This document shows positions 1 through 10,325 of a stretch of DNA of 64,000 nucleotides, in pieces. The notes under the pieces were generated by a model. That model saw only the letters and a program-made list of their open reading frames with translations. It was not told where the DNA came from and did not search any database. Source of the DNA: a virus (lineage: Duplodnaviria; Caudoviricetes); IMG/VR virus record IMGVR_UViG_3300013121_000023, positions 1 through 64,000 of that record. The stretch is one strand, 5' to 3'. The first letter of the stretch is position 1; every line of letters begins with the position of its first letter. A program made the position numbers and the translations under genes.

Positions 1-7
1 CGTGAGA

Positions 8-1021
8 TTATCCCTGCTTCGCACGGGAGATCTCTGCCCAGATTGCAGTGTCAATGTTTGGTATTGCTTTCAGTAGTTCACAAAATTTCCTGAACTCCCC
101 CTTTCTGGTATTAAGGTTTGACTGCAATGTGTTGATGAACAGCGCCAGCCATTCTTTGGCGGCTTTTTCGGCCACCCACTTGAATGCGGCTACCCCCTGC
201 TCGGGGCCCGAGGCCCGAATCCCCAGGCCTACTGCCACTGCATATTGTTTACTGGGTTCGTCGTCCTCGGGGAATTGGAGTCTCTCGCCGTTGCCTTGCA
301 GTACCGCATCCAGTGAGATCAATGTTTTGTGCATTTCGCAGAATGCTGAGAATTCTGCGCCGGCCCCTTCCCCTACCGCGTATTCTGGAGAAATGCCCGC
401 CCCCATCAGGGACGATGCCATTTCCCACGATCTCGGAGATGGCCACGCCGCACTGTCGTTTTGGAACGAGTGCAGCAGTGCTGGCTTCCACTTGAGAAAT
501 GGAACGATCATCTCGTTCAGCTTTCTGTTTATCGCATACTCTGCGAACGTGTCTAGATCTGCTTCCACGGCCAAGTGTATGAAGCGATTTGCGAGTGGTG
601 CCGGCATGTCGAACACCGATGCTCGGTCTTCTTTGCGGTTGCCGGCGGCCCAGATGTACCAGCCGTCTGGCACGGCGTAGGAGCCGACGCGGCGATCGAG
701 GATGAGCTGCTGCGCGATGCCCTGTATCGCGGGGGGCGCCATGTTGAGTTCGTCGAGGAAGAGCACGCCCTTGCCCTCGCGCGGCAAGAACTCGGGGGGA
801 TACCAGCGAGAAATGCCGTTTTCGGGTACGGGCAGACCGCGCAGATCGGTGGGAGCGAGCTGGCTGAGGCGCACGTCGATGAACGACAGGCTCGAGGCCT
901 GGGCGATCTGCGAGACGATGCTCGACTTGCCGATGCCGGGGGGGCCCCAAATCATCACCGAGTGCGATATGCGACCAGTCACCACTCGGTTGAGCACGTT
1001 GTAGAGATCCTTGGTATTCAT
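8..1021 (-). CDS. MoxR-like AAA+ ATPase
   Basis: Walker A GPPGIGKS, Walker B LFLDE, AAGN sensor, PLANRF arginine finger, PSPRSW motif; AGGAG RBS upstream. Confidence 0.85.
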   Translation of the reverse strand: MNTKDLYNVLNRVVTGRISHSVMIWGPPGIGKSSIVSQIAQASSLSFIDVRLSQLAPTDLRGLPVPENGISRWYPPEFLPREGKGVLFLDELNMAPPAIQGIAQQLILDRRVGSYAVPDGWYIWAAGNRKEDRASVFDMPAPLANRFIHLAVEADLDTFAEYAINRKLNEMIVPFLKWKPALLHSFQNDSAAWPSPRSWEMASSLMGAGISPEYAVGEGAGAEFSAFCEMHKTLISLDAVLQGNGERLQFPEDDEPSKQYAVAVGLGIRASGPEQGVAAFKWVAEKAAKEWLALFINTLQSNLNTRKGEFRKFCELLKAIPNIDTAIWAEISRAKQG

Positions 1022-1062
1022 AACCTTTCCTTCTCCTTTTTGAGAGACCGCTCTCTTGTTTC

Positions 1063-1263
1063 TTATGACTTTTCTACAGGCATAATGTCTAGGTTTGTTA
1101 CTACAATTTTTCCTGTTTTATTTCCTACGATCGTAAATGTGAGGATTCTGAAATCTAGCAATAGCTTTGTTTCTTTATGTACTATGGTACACACTTCGTT
1201 TGTCCTTGTATATACGACTTTGCTATTTATCTTCAACTTAGCTGCTTCTTGTTTTTCCATCAT
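1063..1263 (-). CDS. hypothetical protein
   Basis: ORF trimmed to the ATG just downstream of a TATAAGAA promoter-like motif. Confidence 0.45.
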   Translation of the reverse strand: MMEKQEAAKLKINSKVVYTRTNEVCTIVHKETKLLLDFRILTFTIVGNKTGKIVVTNLDIMPVEKS

Positions 1264-1311
1264 CAAGCTTCTTATAACAATTAGAATGATTATGTTGTGA
1301 TAAGAAAACAG

Positions 1312-1482
1312 ATGGAAGACATACAAGACAAGTTCGGGAGACTGAGTGAATCTATGCGAAATTCTTTTATGTGGAGGTATATAGAAGAAAGCGAATTGAC
1401 ATCTGATTTTTACGACTGGCTTAAACTACAGTATGGAGAAGGTGATGATACACATACAGATGATTATAATTCTGATACTTTA
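1312..1482 (+). CDS. hypothetical protein (TTA-terminated; standard-code ORF to 1506)
   Basis: ATG follows GATAAGAA motif; first in-frame TTA at 1480-1482. Confidence 0.45.
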
Positions 1483-1732
1483 CGTAATTATGTTTTTTGC
1501 TTATGACTCACTATACAAAGAGTTTAGATATGGCTACTTTTTCGGTTCTGTGCCAAAAATAGTAGTCCTCCCACTGTTTGAGATACCCGTATTTATCCTT
1601 ATGGGTGACGTATGGAACGATCTCTTTGCTGTCTACGTAATCACTCCATATACGCAGGTAGCCGGAATACTTACGTTCATGTTCGTGGCTAAGACCGTGA
1701 TATACAAAGTAGTAGGAAGAGAGGATGACTGA
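1445..1732 (+). CDS. small membrane protein
   Basis: About three hydrophobic segments; TGATG overlap with next gene. Confidence 0.55.
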   Translation: MIHIQMIIILILYVIMFFAYDSLYKEFRYGYFFGSVPKIVVLPLFEIPVFILMGDVWNDLFAVYVITPYTQVAGILTFMFVAKTVIYKVVGREDD

Positions 1733-2031
1733 TGACTAGGCGTCAAGAGATTGTGGCCCTGTTGGTGTATCTGGCGATATCTGCAATTTTTGTGGCTTGC
1801 ATCGTATTTTATGCGTTGTCTAGCAAGGAGGCTCTAGCTGCACCTAAAAAAGAGAACAAATGCAAACCAAGCATTCTCTACATAAATCCACAAATAGCAG
1901 CACCTATGGACTACGCTTGCCCAGATGTGGGACAGTGGACCATGACTGTTATACCCAGAATTGAATACGTAGTAATCGTTTGTGAGTGTCCAGGTACAGT
2001 ACACACCGTTAGTTACATGGGTATAGAATTA
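1732..2031 (+). CDS. membrane-anchored/secreted Cys-containing protein (TTA-terminated; standard ORF to 2085)
   Basis: N-terminal hydrophobic helix; GAA TTA TG overlaps the next ATG at 2031. Confidence 0.55.
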
Positions 2032-2240
2032 TGGCAAAACTACACAAGATTGTTTCCACTGATACTGAGTTTCTTCTGGAATTGACACCAGAAGAAGCTG
2101 CTAAAACAATTGGTCTTTTGGCCAAGCAGTTGGTTGATACAGACGGTGGGGAGTGCCCAACATTTTTGTCCCTACCGCCAGCAGACTCTTGCCAAACTTC
2201 TGTTGTTCGGTGCAGAATACATATAGTCATAGGCAAGTAG
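2031..2240 (+). CDS. hypothetical protein
   Basis: ATG coupled to the upstream TTA; 69 aa. Confidence 0.55.
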   Translation: MAKLHKIVSTDTEFLLELTPEEAAKTIGLLAKQLVDTDGGECPTFLSLPPADSCQTSVVRCRIHIVIGK

Positions 2241-2303
2241 GAGTCGAAATGGGTTGGTTTGTACTTTGTTTTCTGACAATACTAGCCGTAAGTGAGTACC
2301 TGT

Positions 2304-2720
2304 ATGACGAGTAATCTAAGAAGGAAACAAAGGGGCGCTAAGCAGAAGAACAAGAAACGAAGCGTAGTAGTTTCTGTTCGAGAATTGAAATCACAAGTTC
2401 TTTTGGAGTACAACACTGAATCCGGTATTGAGCCTATAAATAGGCCTAAAACTAGAGCTGATTGTGTGCGCGGTATCAGGCCGTGTCCTTATGTTTCTTG
2501 CAAGTACCATTTGTATTTGGAGGTGCGAAAAACCGGTAGTATAGAGTTTTTCTACCCAGACACAGACCTGGCAGAGATGAGCGCTCCTACCTGTGCTCTG
2601 GATGTGGCTGAAGGTGGAGCTAGGACGCTGCTAAAGATAGGTAAAATGTTCGGTGTATCCAGGGAGAGGATACGCCAAATAGAACAGAGAGTAGTGCGCA
2701 AGTTGAAGATGATAGAGTAG
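2304..2720 (+). CDS. sigma70 region-4-like HTH DNA-binding protein with Cys-rich N-terminal part
   Basis: TLLKIGKMFGVSRERIRQIE region-4 HTH signature; RPKTRADC..RPCPYVSCKYHL motif. Confidence 0.75.
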   Translation: MTSNLRRKQRGAKQKNKKRSVVVSVRELKSQVLLEYNTESGIEPINRPKTRADCVRGIRPCPYVSCKYHLYLEVRKTGSIEFFYPDTDLAEMSAPTCALDVAEGGARTLLKIGKMFGVSRERIRQIEQRVVRKLKMIE

Positions 2721-2726
2721 TGTAGG

Positions 2727-2760
2727 ATAGGGCGCCTATCGGCGCCTTATTCTTTAGCTA
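2727..2760 (+). terminator. hairpin terminator with TTTAGCTA tail
   Basis: ATAGGGCGCC-tatc-GGCGCCTTAT then TCTTTAGCTA. Confidence 0.7.
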
Positions 2761-2770
2761 AGGAGAGGTT

Positions 2771-3175
2771 ATGGGCGATTTTGATGGCTTTCATAAGGCT
2801 ACATTCGATCAGATACTAAATACAGAAGAATTGGCTTTGGTGTTTACTGACATAGACAGTTACACAAATTTCAGAGCTTCGTGGGCAGTCGACGGTGAGA
2901 ACAAGGAAGACCTAATAGTTCACTTCTTCCTGCCAGAAGAAGGCTCACCGGAAAAGCTATGGTTTAACTTGGGTGATACTCTTAAATTCGCAGCATCAGA
3001 AACATTCATGAACGCAAAGAATATACGAGTTGCTTATACAGATGAGATGAAGAGTTGGTGGGTTCGTATACATAAAGCAGCACACCCACTCTTTTCAACA
3101 TCTGATTTGGTCAATAAATACGTAGACCGCGTAGATACTATGTGCGATGCAATAAAAAGTACTTTGCTGGCATAA
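2771..3175 (+). CDS. hypothetical protein
   Basis: AGGAGAGG RBS, 134 aa. Confidence 0.7.
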   Translation: MGDFDGFHKATFDQILNTEELALVFTDIDSYTNFRASWAVDGENKEDLIVHFFLPEEGSPEKLWFNLGDTLKFAASETFMNAKNIRVAYTDEMKSWWVRIHKAAHPLFSTSDLVNKYVDRVDTMCDAIKSTLLA

Positions 3176-3177
3176 GA
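3169..3177 (+). promoter_or_regulatory. phage promoter-like motif GGCATAAGA
   Basis: Same motif recurs upstream of many early-region genes, followed here by ATATGAAAGGA. Confidence 0.55.
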
Positions 3178-3196
3178 AATATGAAAGGAAGGTACC

Positions 3197-3484
3197 ATGG
3201 CAGAGATGACAGATCTGACGGATCTGGTGGACCTGTGTGGGGTCCACCCGAAGTGGTCGATGTCACTGTCGATGTCATTGTCGATTTCATTGGTGGTCAA
3301 TAAACTCAATGCGCAAACCGACGAGTTCTGGACCCGCAAGGGTCCAGGCTTCAATTTTGTAAATAGGTATTTGTTTGTGAGGGGCGTGTCCGATTCTTCT
3401 AATGTCTATTTTTACGAGACGCCAGAGGGCAAGGTGGCAGTGTCCGATGTCATTCGGGCGTTGCTCTGGCTCAATAAGAAATAG
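3197..3484 (+). CDS. hypothetical protein
   Basis: AAGGAAGG RBS; contains three imperfect 12-bp repeats at 3256-3291. Confidence 0.55.
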   Translation: MAEMTDLTDLVDLCGVHPKWSMSLSMSLSISLVVNKLNAQTDEFWTRKGPGFNFVNRYLFVRGVSDSSNVYFYETPEGKVAVSDVIRALLWLNKK

Positions 3485-3495
3485 TTAGTTAGTTT

Positions 3496-3526
3496 GAAAA
3501 GGGTTCTGCACCCTTTTCTTTAGCTA
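3496..3526 (+). terminator. hairpin terminator (possibly bidirectional) with TTTAGCTA tail
   Basis: GAAAAGGGT-tctgc-ACCCTTTTC-TTTAGCTA between convergent genes. Confidence 0.65.
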
Positions 3527-3799
3527 CCTTGTTTCTATACATATCGTTAGCATGGTTCCTTTTATGCAAAATTCTTTTACAACAAAGCCGCTTTCTTTAG
3601 ATGCCTCAGTGAAATAATTTTTCATGTGCTTTTTTGATTCTTTACCTGGCTTACTGTTTAGAGCACAATAGCATTTGTATCCGTTTTTTGTTGGCAGGCC
3701 TGCGTATATGCCATTGAAGTGACCGCCAGCCCTTCTCAGGGCTTCATAAGCTTCCACAAACACGTCAGCTGGAGTCCTACATGTTTGAAGTTGATTCAT
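3524..3799 (-). CDS. hypothetical protein
   Basis: ORF ends at the terminator; start trimmed to MNQLQ. Confidence 0.5.
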   Translation of the reverse strand: MNQLQTCRTPADVFVEAYEALRRAGGHFNGIYAGLPTKNGYKCYCALNSKPGKESKKHMKNYFTEASKESGFVVKEFCIKGTMLTICIETR

Positions 3800-5622
3800 C
3801 TTACGACGCTCGTTTTTCGGCACTGTCTTACCTCACGGACGGAGCAGACGTACATACTGATGACGCTGACGATGATTCTCAGTGGAAAGAATTTACAGTA
3901 GAAACAACCGAAGACTGGTCTGTTCTACCTAAAAAAAGCAAGGTCATGGAGCTAGCTAGCTATGACCTTACTCCATCTGAATTTACAGAGGCGGCGTTTT
4001 ATTTCACCAGTCATGAGGACGGGTCTCCGGTACCTTTTTCTTTTGAAGGTAGGAAGTACCTAAGACGTGTTTATGACACACCGGCAAGAAAGGTGCTTCT
4101 GTGTTGTGCCCGTCAGGTAGAGAAATCTACAACGATAGGTAACAGGGCAATATCGTATGCGTGCCTTATACCGGGTTTCAAAATACTCTACGTATCTCCG
4201 TCTGCGCTACAAACCAAAACATTCTCTAATGATAGACTGAGAGAGCCCATCGATACCAGTGCGATACTGAAGCAGTATACGACTGGCATGTTGGCCAGAA
4301 ACATATTTGAGAAGCAGTTTGTAAATAGGTCTAAAATAACTCTTAGGTACTCATTTCTGACGGCTGACCGTGTTCGTGGTATACCGTCTTACGCTATTTT
4401 CATAGATGAGATACAGGACATCATATACGACAACATACCGGTTATAGAGCAGAGTGCTGCGCACGCTCCAGCTGAGTACAAGATGTTTCTGTACTCAGGT
4501 ACCCCAAAGACCTTGGACAACACTATAGAAGTGTTGCGCGCCAATCACTCCACCAAAGCGGAGTGGATGGTACCCTGTGATGCCTGCGGTTCTTCATCCG
4601 GTGCCGGTAGATATTGGAATGTTCTTGGGGAGAAGAACATACAGAAGAAAGGTCTTTCTTGTGAGCGCTGTGGGAAGCTCATAAGGGCCGACCATCCTGA
4701 CGCTGTTTGGGCAAATTCTGTAGCTCTGGATGGCAACGAAATACAGTTTGAGAGTTATCGAATACCTCAGCTGATGGTGCCTTGGCGCGCTTGGTCTGAA
4801 ATACTGGGCGATTACCACAGATATCCTAGAGCCCAGTTTTACAACGAGGTATTGGGAATATCATATGAAGACGGTATGAAGCCCATTACGGAGTCAGAGC
4901 TTCGTGAGCTTTGCATACCAACGTTGGAAATAGACGAAGAGAACCTGGACAACTTGCGTCGTAGATTGCTGGGCGGCACCCATGTCTACATGGGTATAGA
5001 CTGGGGCTACGGTCAGGGCTCTTTTACGGTTGTATCCCTTGGCGCTTACATGGAAAACAAGTTCACCGTTTTCTACATGAAGCGCTGCAATAACGAGCTT
5101 CTAGACCTAGAGCTACAGATGAAATTCATCATCGACCTGGCTAGAGCTTTCAATGTCAAATACATAGCGGCTGACTGGGGAGCCGGCTTCGGACAAAATG
5201 ATAAACTAACAAGAACTTTTGGGGCTGATAAGGTATTTAAGTTCCAATACGTAAACAAGCTCAGGAAAAAGCTAGCTGTTGATACTAAGATGGCCATCAT
5301 AAAGATGCATCGCTCTGAGATAATGAGCGACATATTTAGTGCCCTAAAGAGAGCGCAGCTAGCCTTCTTCAACTGGAATTCTTTTAGAACCTTTGCCAGT
5401 GACATACTGAATATATATTCCGAGTATTCGGAAACACAGAGGATGCTTCTGTACAACCACAACCCTAAAAGCCCTGATGATGCTTTTCATAGCATCTTGT
5501 ACTGCTTCATGGGGTCAATGATAGACAGACCTAGGCAGGACATCATAGTTCCGCATAAGGAAGACAAGACGAAAGGCCCAGTACACAATAACCTGTACTC
5601 AGGAAACGTGTACCAGGGCTTA
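3781..5622 (+). CDS. terL: terminase large subunit (TTA-terminated; standard ORF to 5730)
   Basis: Walker A ARQVEKST, Walker B IFIDE, SGTP coupling motif, two CxxC pairs (gpA-like), nuclease GIDWG and PDDAFHS; first TTA at 5620 removes a 105-nt overlap with the convergent gene. Confidence 0.9.
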
Positions 5623-5625
5623 TTT

Positions 5626-6318
5626 TTAGCTACTCAGCATAAGATTCTCTATGCGTCCGATGGCATCGGTACCGTTCTTTTTGTACTCTTTTATCGATGC
5701 CATTTCTTTCAAATAGCTATCTGTTGCTGAGTTTAGGTTTCTTTCGCTGACCTTTAGCAACCCATACGCTACGGCTAGGTGTGGATTTCTATTCAAATCC
5801 ACGTCTGCCTCGGTACCTTTGAGTACGCTTATTGTTTTTTTGAATAGTTCGGTTGCCGGCGTACCTAGCTTAGCCCTGTCTACTGCTAGTAGGTACCCTT
5901 CATCTATGGCTATAAAAAACTTTGCCCACTTCATAAGTTCTTGTTCGCTGTATGCAAGTTTTTCCCTTTTACACACCGCCAAACAAGCACCAACTACGTC
6001 TATAATGGCCTGCCTGTTGTCAGACAGTTTCTCATTTGCTCCCAATATGGTTTCGTATACATCGTTCATTTGGCGCTCAAGTTTGGCCAGTCTGAACATA
6101 ATGATACGGAGCATTTCTGTGTTTCTTTTGCTACTCCTTGACTCCAAACCAAGAAGGGTAAACTCTTTAAATGTTTCCAAGTCATACTTGGATACGTACT
6201 TCTTGGCTTGGTCCGCACCTTTAATAGGTATGGACCATCTCCTACACATTGTAATAAAATACTGGGTAGCAACACCCAACTCTTCTGCCGCCTGTGTTAC
6301 GCTGATCCATCCTTGCAT
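5626..6318 (-). CDS. HTH DNA-binding protein (excisionase/MerR-like N-terminus)
   Basis: WISVTQAAEELGV HTH followed by helical/coiled-coil region. Confidence 0.6.
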   Translation of the reverse strand: MQGWISVTQAAEELGVATQYFITMCRRWSIPIKGADQAKKYVSKYDLETFKEFTLLGLESRSSKRNTEMLRIIMFRLAKLERQMNDVYETILGANEKLSDNRQAIIDVVGACLAVCKREKLAYSEQELMKWAKFFIAIDEGYLLAVDRAKLGTPATELFKKTISVLKGTEADVDLNRNPHLAVAYGLLKVSERNLNSATDSYLKEMASIKEYKKNGTDAIGRIENLMLSS

Positions 6319-6368
6319 AGTCTTCAACCCGTATGTTTGCTAGATTCTTGGTAACGAGGTGTGTACCA

Positions 6369-7715
6369 ATGAGCGGTAACAACAACGATATCTACGACAG
6401 GCAGCAGCGTTTGGCACGCGCTATCAACCCATCTGAACTTGAAGTCATGGGTAAGGAGGCTGCTACGCGGTTCACCAACAAGAAGGCTGCCTCTCTAAAC
6501 GAGGCGGTTATATCAGTGGTGAAGACCGCTCACCTCTCCCCTGAGCAGGTGCGTAGGGTTGCTGAGTTCGCAAACCATAGCGCTTTCAGCACCGAGTTCA
6601 GGAAGATGGCTTCTCCGAAGGTAGTAAACTTTTCTGGAGGGCCAGCTGACCCAAATGTCATACTTCAGGAGCTTAACAGTGGCGGCGGCGGGAGTGTCAC
6701 CGACGACGGTAGCGGTGATTACGACTCTCCCCCCAAAACAGCGTCCACTGTACTTGATGCCGATGCTCTCACGAAGATGATGTTCGGCAAGACCGCAAGC
6801 GAGGTCACGACTACTGCCGGTGAGATGCCTCTCAGACCACTTTTCGAGTTGAAAGAGAAGTTGGCGCAAGCACAGCAAACTCTTTCTAACAGCTACACAT
6901 CGCATCGCATCGCACTAGACGACGCTCGTGAGCGTCTATATGCAAACGTGAAGATAGCTTCTTTGGAAAACGTACCTCTTGGCGATGTAGTAGCTGCTTG
7001 GTCTGTATTCGTTAAAGAACCCGAAGTAGTCAAGCTGGCCTTTGCTTCAATAGCTCCAAGACTTCTAAAAGACTTGGTTTTTAGAAGCGACGATCAGCTT
7101 AAGTCGTCCATGGAAAAAACGGCTGCTATAAAAGGCTCCGTGGTAAATACAGAACATCCTGTTGTAAAAGATTTTATATCTTTTCAGGATAGTCTGTACA
7201 AAGTGGCAGCTACCAAGGCAGCTATGGATGATGTAGATGACACGTTGTCGCGAACTGTAGCTGTTTTGCACAAACTGGCCTTTATTGATTCCATACCTAT
7301 GCCCAGGGTAGAGGCTTTTACTAAGGCCATGGGCGGCGCAGTTCCTAAGCTAGAACAAGTTACAGCCAGTAAGCAGGGACTTCTGCCTAAAGGTTGGGCT
7401 GCTGCCAAACATATAGGTAGCCATGTAGGTGCACACGTTGGCGATATAGTTGAGCACGGCTCTGAGCACCTACTAGGTAAAGGCGCTGTTCCTAAGTTCC
7501 TAGGAGACGCTGCCCATTTCGGCGTAAAGATATCTCCCGCAGTGGCTGCTATCCTAGCCGGTAATTACTTGTACGATCAAGCATCGGCTATGGGGAAAGC
7601 ACCTCTCGTACAAGATCTAGCCTCACTAGTACCAACCACTGACAGCCATACACTTGCTCAGATGCAGCGAGAAGGTTATTGGGCTGGTCCAACTGGTTTC
7701 TCACAGGGGTTTTGA
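6369..7715 (+). CDS. head morphogenesis/core protein rich in K-x-A motifs
   Basis: First gene of the head operon; KTAH, KTAS x2, KLAQ, KIAS, KTAA motifs. Confidence 0.6.
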   Translation: MSGNNNDIYDRQQRLARAINPSELEVMGKEAATRFTNKKAASLNEAVISVVKTAHLSPEQVRRVAEFANHSAFSTEFRKMASPKVVNFSGGPADPNVILQELNSGGGGSVTDDGSGDYDSPPKTASTVLDADALTKMMFGKTASEVTTTAGEMPLRPLFELKEKLAQAQQTLSNSYTSHRIALDDARERLYANVKIASLENVPLGDVVAAWSVFVKEPEVVKLAFASIAPRLLKDLVFRSDDQLKSSMEKTAAIKGSVVNTEHPVVKDFISFQDSLYKVAATKAAMDDVDDTLSRTVAVLHKLAFIDSIPMPRVEAFTKAMGGAVPKLEQVTASKQGLLPKGWAAAKHIGSHVGAHVGDIVEHGSEHLLGKGAVPKFLGDAAHFGVKISPAVAAILAGNYLYDQASAMGKAPLVQDLASLVPTTDSHTLAQMQREGYWAGPTGFSQGF

Positions 7716-7716
7716 T

Positions 7717-8604
7717 ATGCTGAATACAGACGCAATAGACGCCTTTCTGGAAGTTAGTGGTTTGGACAAAACCGCTAGTGCTCTAGATACGGCTAAACAA
7801 CTAGGACACGACGCCGTAGGCGCTATGCGTGCGGGAGTTATCGGCGGTGTTGGAGCCGCCGCCGCCGCAGGTATTCTTTCTGCCGGTGCTACTAGTGCAA
7901 GCGCTCTATACGATGCCGCCACAAAGCATAGAGACTATAAGAATATGATGCAGGCCTTTCCAGATCTGCAACATAGAAATCCAGATGACGTTCAGCGTGC
8001 TTTTACTACTGTCAGGTCTTTTGCTCCGAAGATCACGAAAGACCCTATGACAGCTGGGGCTGCTGTAAATGCTCTACTGCTAGACCCGCAGGCAGCGCAC
8101 GGTTTCGTCGGTGGCTTGACGGACATAGAACGCAAGATACAAAGCCCTGTGCATGAGATGCTTATGCAGGGAAGCTTGCAAGGTATGCGCTCAGGCATGG
8201 AGCATGATTTGTCGTCCAAGAGAGACGAAGCTAGAAGGAAGTTTGATACTTCCATGGCTGACAGGCAGGAAGCCTATCAAGGGTCTCGTGATATAGCTCA
8301 AGCCCTTCTTCAAAGAGAGCGTGACGATCTATCACGAACACACCAAATGGCTATGTCAAATGCACAGCTAGCTCAACAAAAGGAACTATCTCAAGCTCAG
8401 TCGCTTGGTAAGATGTGGTCTGATATAGCACAGATGCAGCATAGAGAGGATATGGCCAGAGACCAGAGGTCAGCGCAAGCAGACCAGCAGGAGGCCAACA
8501 CAAGACTCAGGGCTGCCTTGGATATGCTTTCTAAGCATACTCAAAGTACGGGCGGCAATCTGCACGACCTAGCGCGTAACATACATCGCGGACATGTGCC
8601 GTTA
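7717..8604 (+). CDS. virion (internal/ejection-type) protein (TTA-terminated; standard ORF to 8628)
   Basis: LDKTASA motif, Gly/Ala hydrophobic hairpin, coiled coil; CCG TTA TG overlap with protease ATG. Confidence 0.6.
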
Positions 8605-10286
8605 TGTTCAAATACAGTACATTCATAGGCACAGAAGAACAGCCCGCCTCTATCCCGATATTTGGTCCTAACGAAGACCATTTCGAGAAGACGGCTTCTC
8701 AGCTTGTTATTCTGCCAGCCGTAACTGACTTCATAAAGAAGCTAAAACCTCTTCCTGATTGTCAGTATGTACTGGTTTCGGCTCTGGGCGCGTCTGAGTA
8801 CTACTCGTCTAATGTGAACGGCGATGCCTTCAGTGAAGAGGCTCTTATACACTGCCCAGAAGGTTGGACAGGTAAGCCTCTTATAGACATCGATCTTGCT
8901 CGTGATTGGCCTTATGGGTTTCCTACGTTTTATGGCGGAAACCCATTTGGCTATCATAGGAACAAATCGTCAGACCTATCTTACGGTGGCGTAGAACTAG
9001 CTGTTTGGAACCCTCATATGAAGAGGGTTGAACTTGTGCTCCGCGTAGAGAAAGATAAATGTGTCGCTAGAGGCGGCTCGGGTATATGGGACAAGCTCCT
9101 ACAAGGAGTAGACGTACCTGTATCGATGGGGGCCAAAGTCCCGTGGGATAGGTGCTCCATATGTACAGATATGAAGCTGTACAAAGAAGCGCTCGCTACG
9201 TTTGATAAAAACAAGCACAAGCATCCAGGCATAGCTGTTCTAGAATTTCACAAAAAGCTAAAAGAAAAAAACGGTATCGGTATCAGAGGTATAGCTCCAA
9301 CAAGAAAAGACTACTGCGACCACGCACGCAGTCAGATGAATAAGATTCTGCCCAACGGTAAAAAGGTTTGGGTAGATAATGACTTTCCCAGATTCTTTGA
9401 TATAAGCTTTGTTATCATTCAGGCAGACAAAACAGCTTGGACTCTAGCGCATATAGCAAAAGGTGGAAACAAGACACACTTCTTTATGGGGCTATCAAGC
9501 GATGAGGCTGAAAAGAGAGGTTACGATCAAAGAGCTGATATGTTGCTCGATGTAGACTCTCTTGACAAAACAGCCGCAGATTTGTCTAAACAAGGCGCCA
9601 AGAACAAGTATGCTGAAATCACAAAGCGTGTGCTGCCGAATCCGTTGGCTGCCAAAGCAGCTCCTATCATGGGCAAATCGGAAAAAGATTTGCCGGATTC
9701 AATCATTCGAAAGATAGCCGAGCACAAAGACCTTGATAAAGCTCTGTCTACAGCTGGAAGTGCGGGCATTATATTGAAGCCAAAAGAGTTTCAGCGCGTC
9801 GTACTCATACGTATCGGCGCTGAACCATTGGCTGATGATATGCACAGGTGTTCATGCTGTTTTCATCACAACGATGCTAAGCACAAGATGGACATAGGGC
9901 CGCACAACATAGATGGTCTACTTCGCAGACTACTAGAACCACTCATGGGTATCAGGTCTGCACTAAATCCCCATGTAGATGGTAGGTCTGTAAACATCGT
10001 CCTAAAGGACAGTAGAGAAGTAGAAAAGAAAGCTAGCAGTGTACAAACACCGCTGTTTAACACCATTTCTGCTATGTATAACGGCTATAGAGAAGGTCTA
10101 TTGTCGTTTCTTGACAACGAAGAAAAGCTAGCAGAACATCACGAAACTGAAAAAAGTGCCGGTACCTACTTGTTTTCTCCACTATCTGAGGCGTACTATC
10201 AGTACACCTTCTGGGATGACATACCTGGGAGTGAGCTGGCAGCTATGCCACCGTGGAGAAGGCAACCCCTTCAGGGACCACGATAG
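8604..10286 (+). CDS. prohead (capsid maturation) protease
   Basis: NVNGDAF, GYH, VSMG(+CxxC), FFDISFV..AD motifs typical of phage assemblin-like proteases; lies upstream of scaffold and capsid genes. Confidence 0.7.
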   Translation: MFKYSTFIGTEEQPASIPIFGPNEDHFEKTASQLVILPAVTDFIKKLKPLPDCQYVLVSALGASEYYSSNVNGDAFSEEALIHCPEGWTGKPLIDIDLARDWPYGFPTFYGGNPFGYHRNKSSDLSYGGVELAVWNPHMKRVELVLRVEKDKCVARGGSGIWDKLLQGVDVPVSMGAKVPWDRCSICTDMKLYKEALATFDKNKHKHPGIAVLEFHKKLKEKNGIGIRGIAPTRKDYCDHARSQMNKILPNGKKVWVDNDFPRFFDISFVIIQADKTAWTLAHIAKGGNKTHFFMGLSSDEAEKRGYDQRADMLLDVDSLDKTAADLSKQGAKNKYAEITKRVLPNPLAAKAAPIMGKSEKDLPDSIIRKIAEHKDLDKALSTAGSAGIILKPKEFQRVVLIRIGAEPLADDMHRCSCCFHHNDAKHKMDIGPHNIDGLLRRLLEPLMGIRSALNPHVDGRSVNIVLKDSREVEKKASSVQTPLFNTISAMYNGYREGLLSFLDNEEKLAEHHETEKSAGTYLFSPLSEAYYQYTFWDDIPGSELAAMPPWRRQPLQGPR

Positions 10287-10325
10287 AAAAGAGACAGATC
10301 CGATAATCATCGGAAAGGATGCGTC

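Noticed and set aside
48-1300. Plus-strand ORFs 48-680, 575-1300 and similar
   Set aside because: Shadows of the GC-rich AAA ATPase gene; no RBS or recognisable motifs.
3256-3291. Three 12-bp tandem repeats as a CRISPR array or iterons
   Set aside because: No spacers; in-frame coding repeat (SMSL). No CRISPR array seen anywhere in the window.
6369-7715. Portal protein call from position after the terminase
   Set aside because: K-x-A-rich, scaffold-like composition and no portal features recognised; the portal is probably outside the window.
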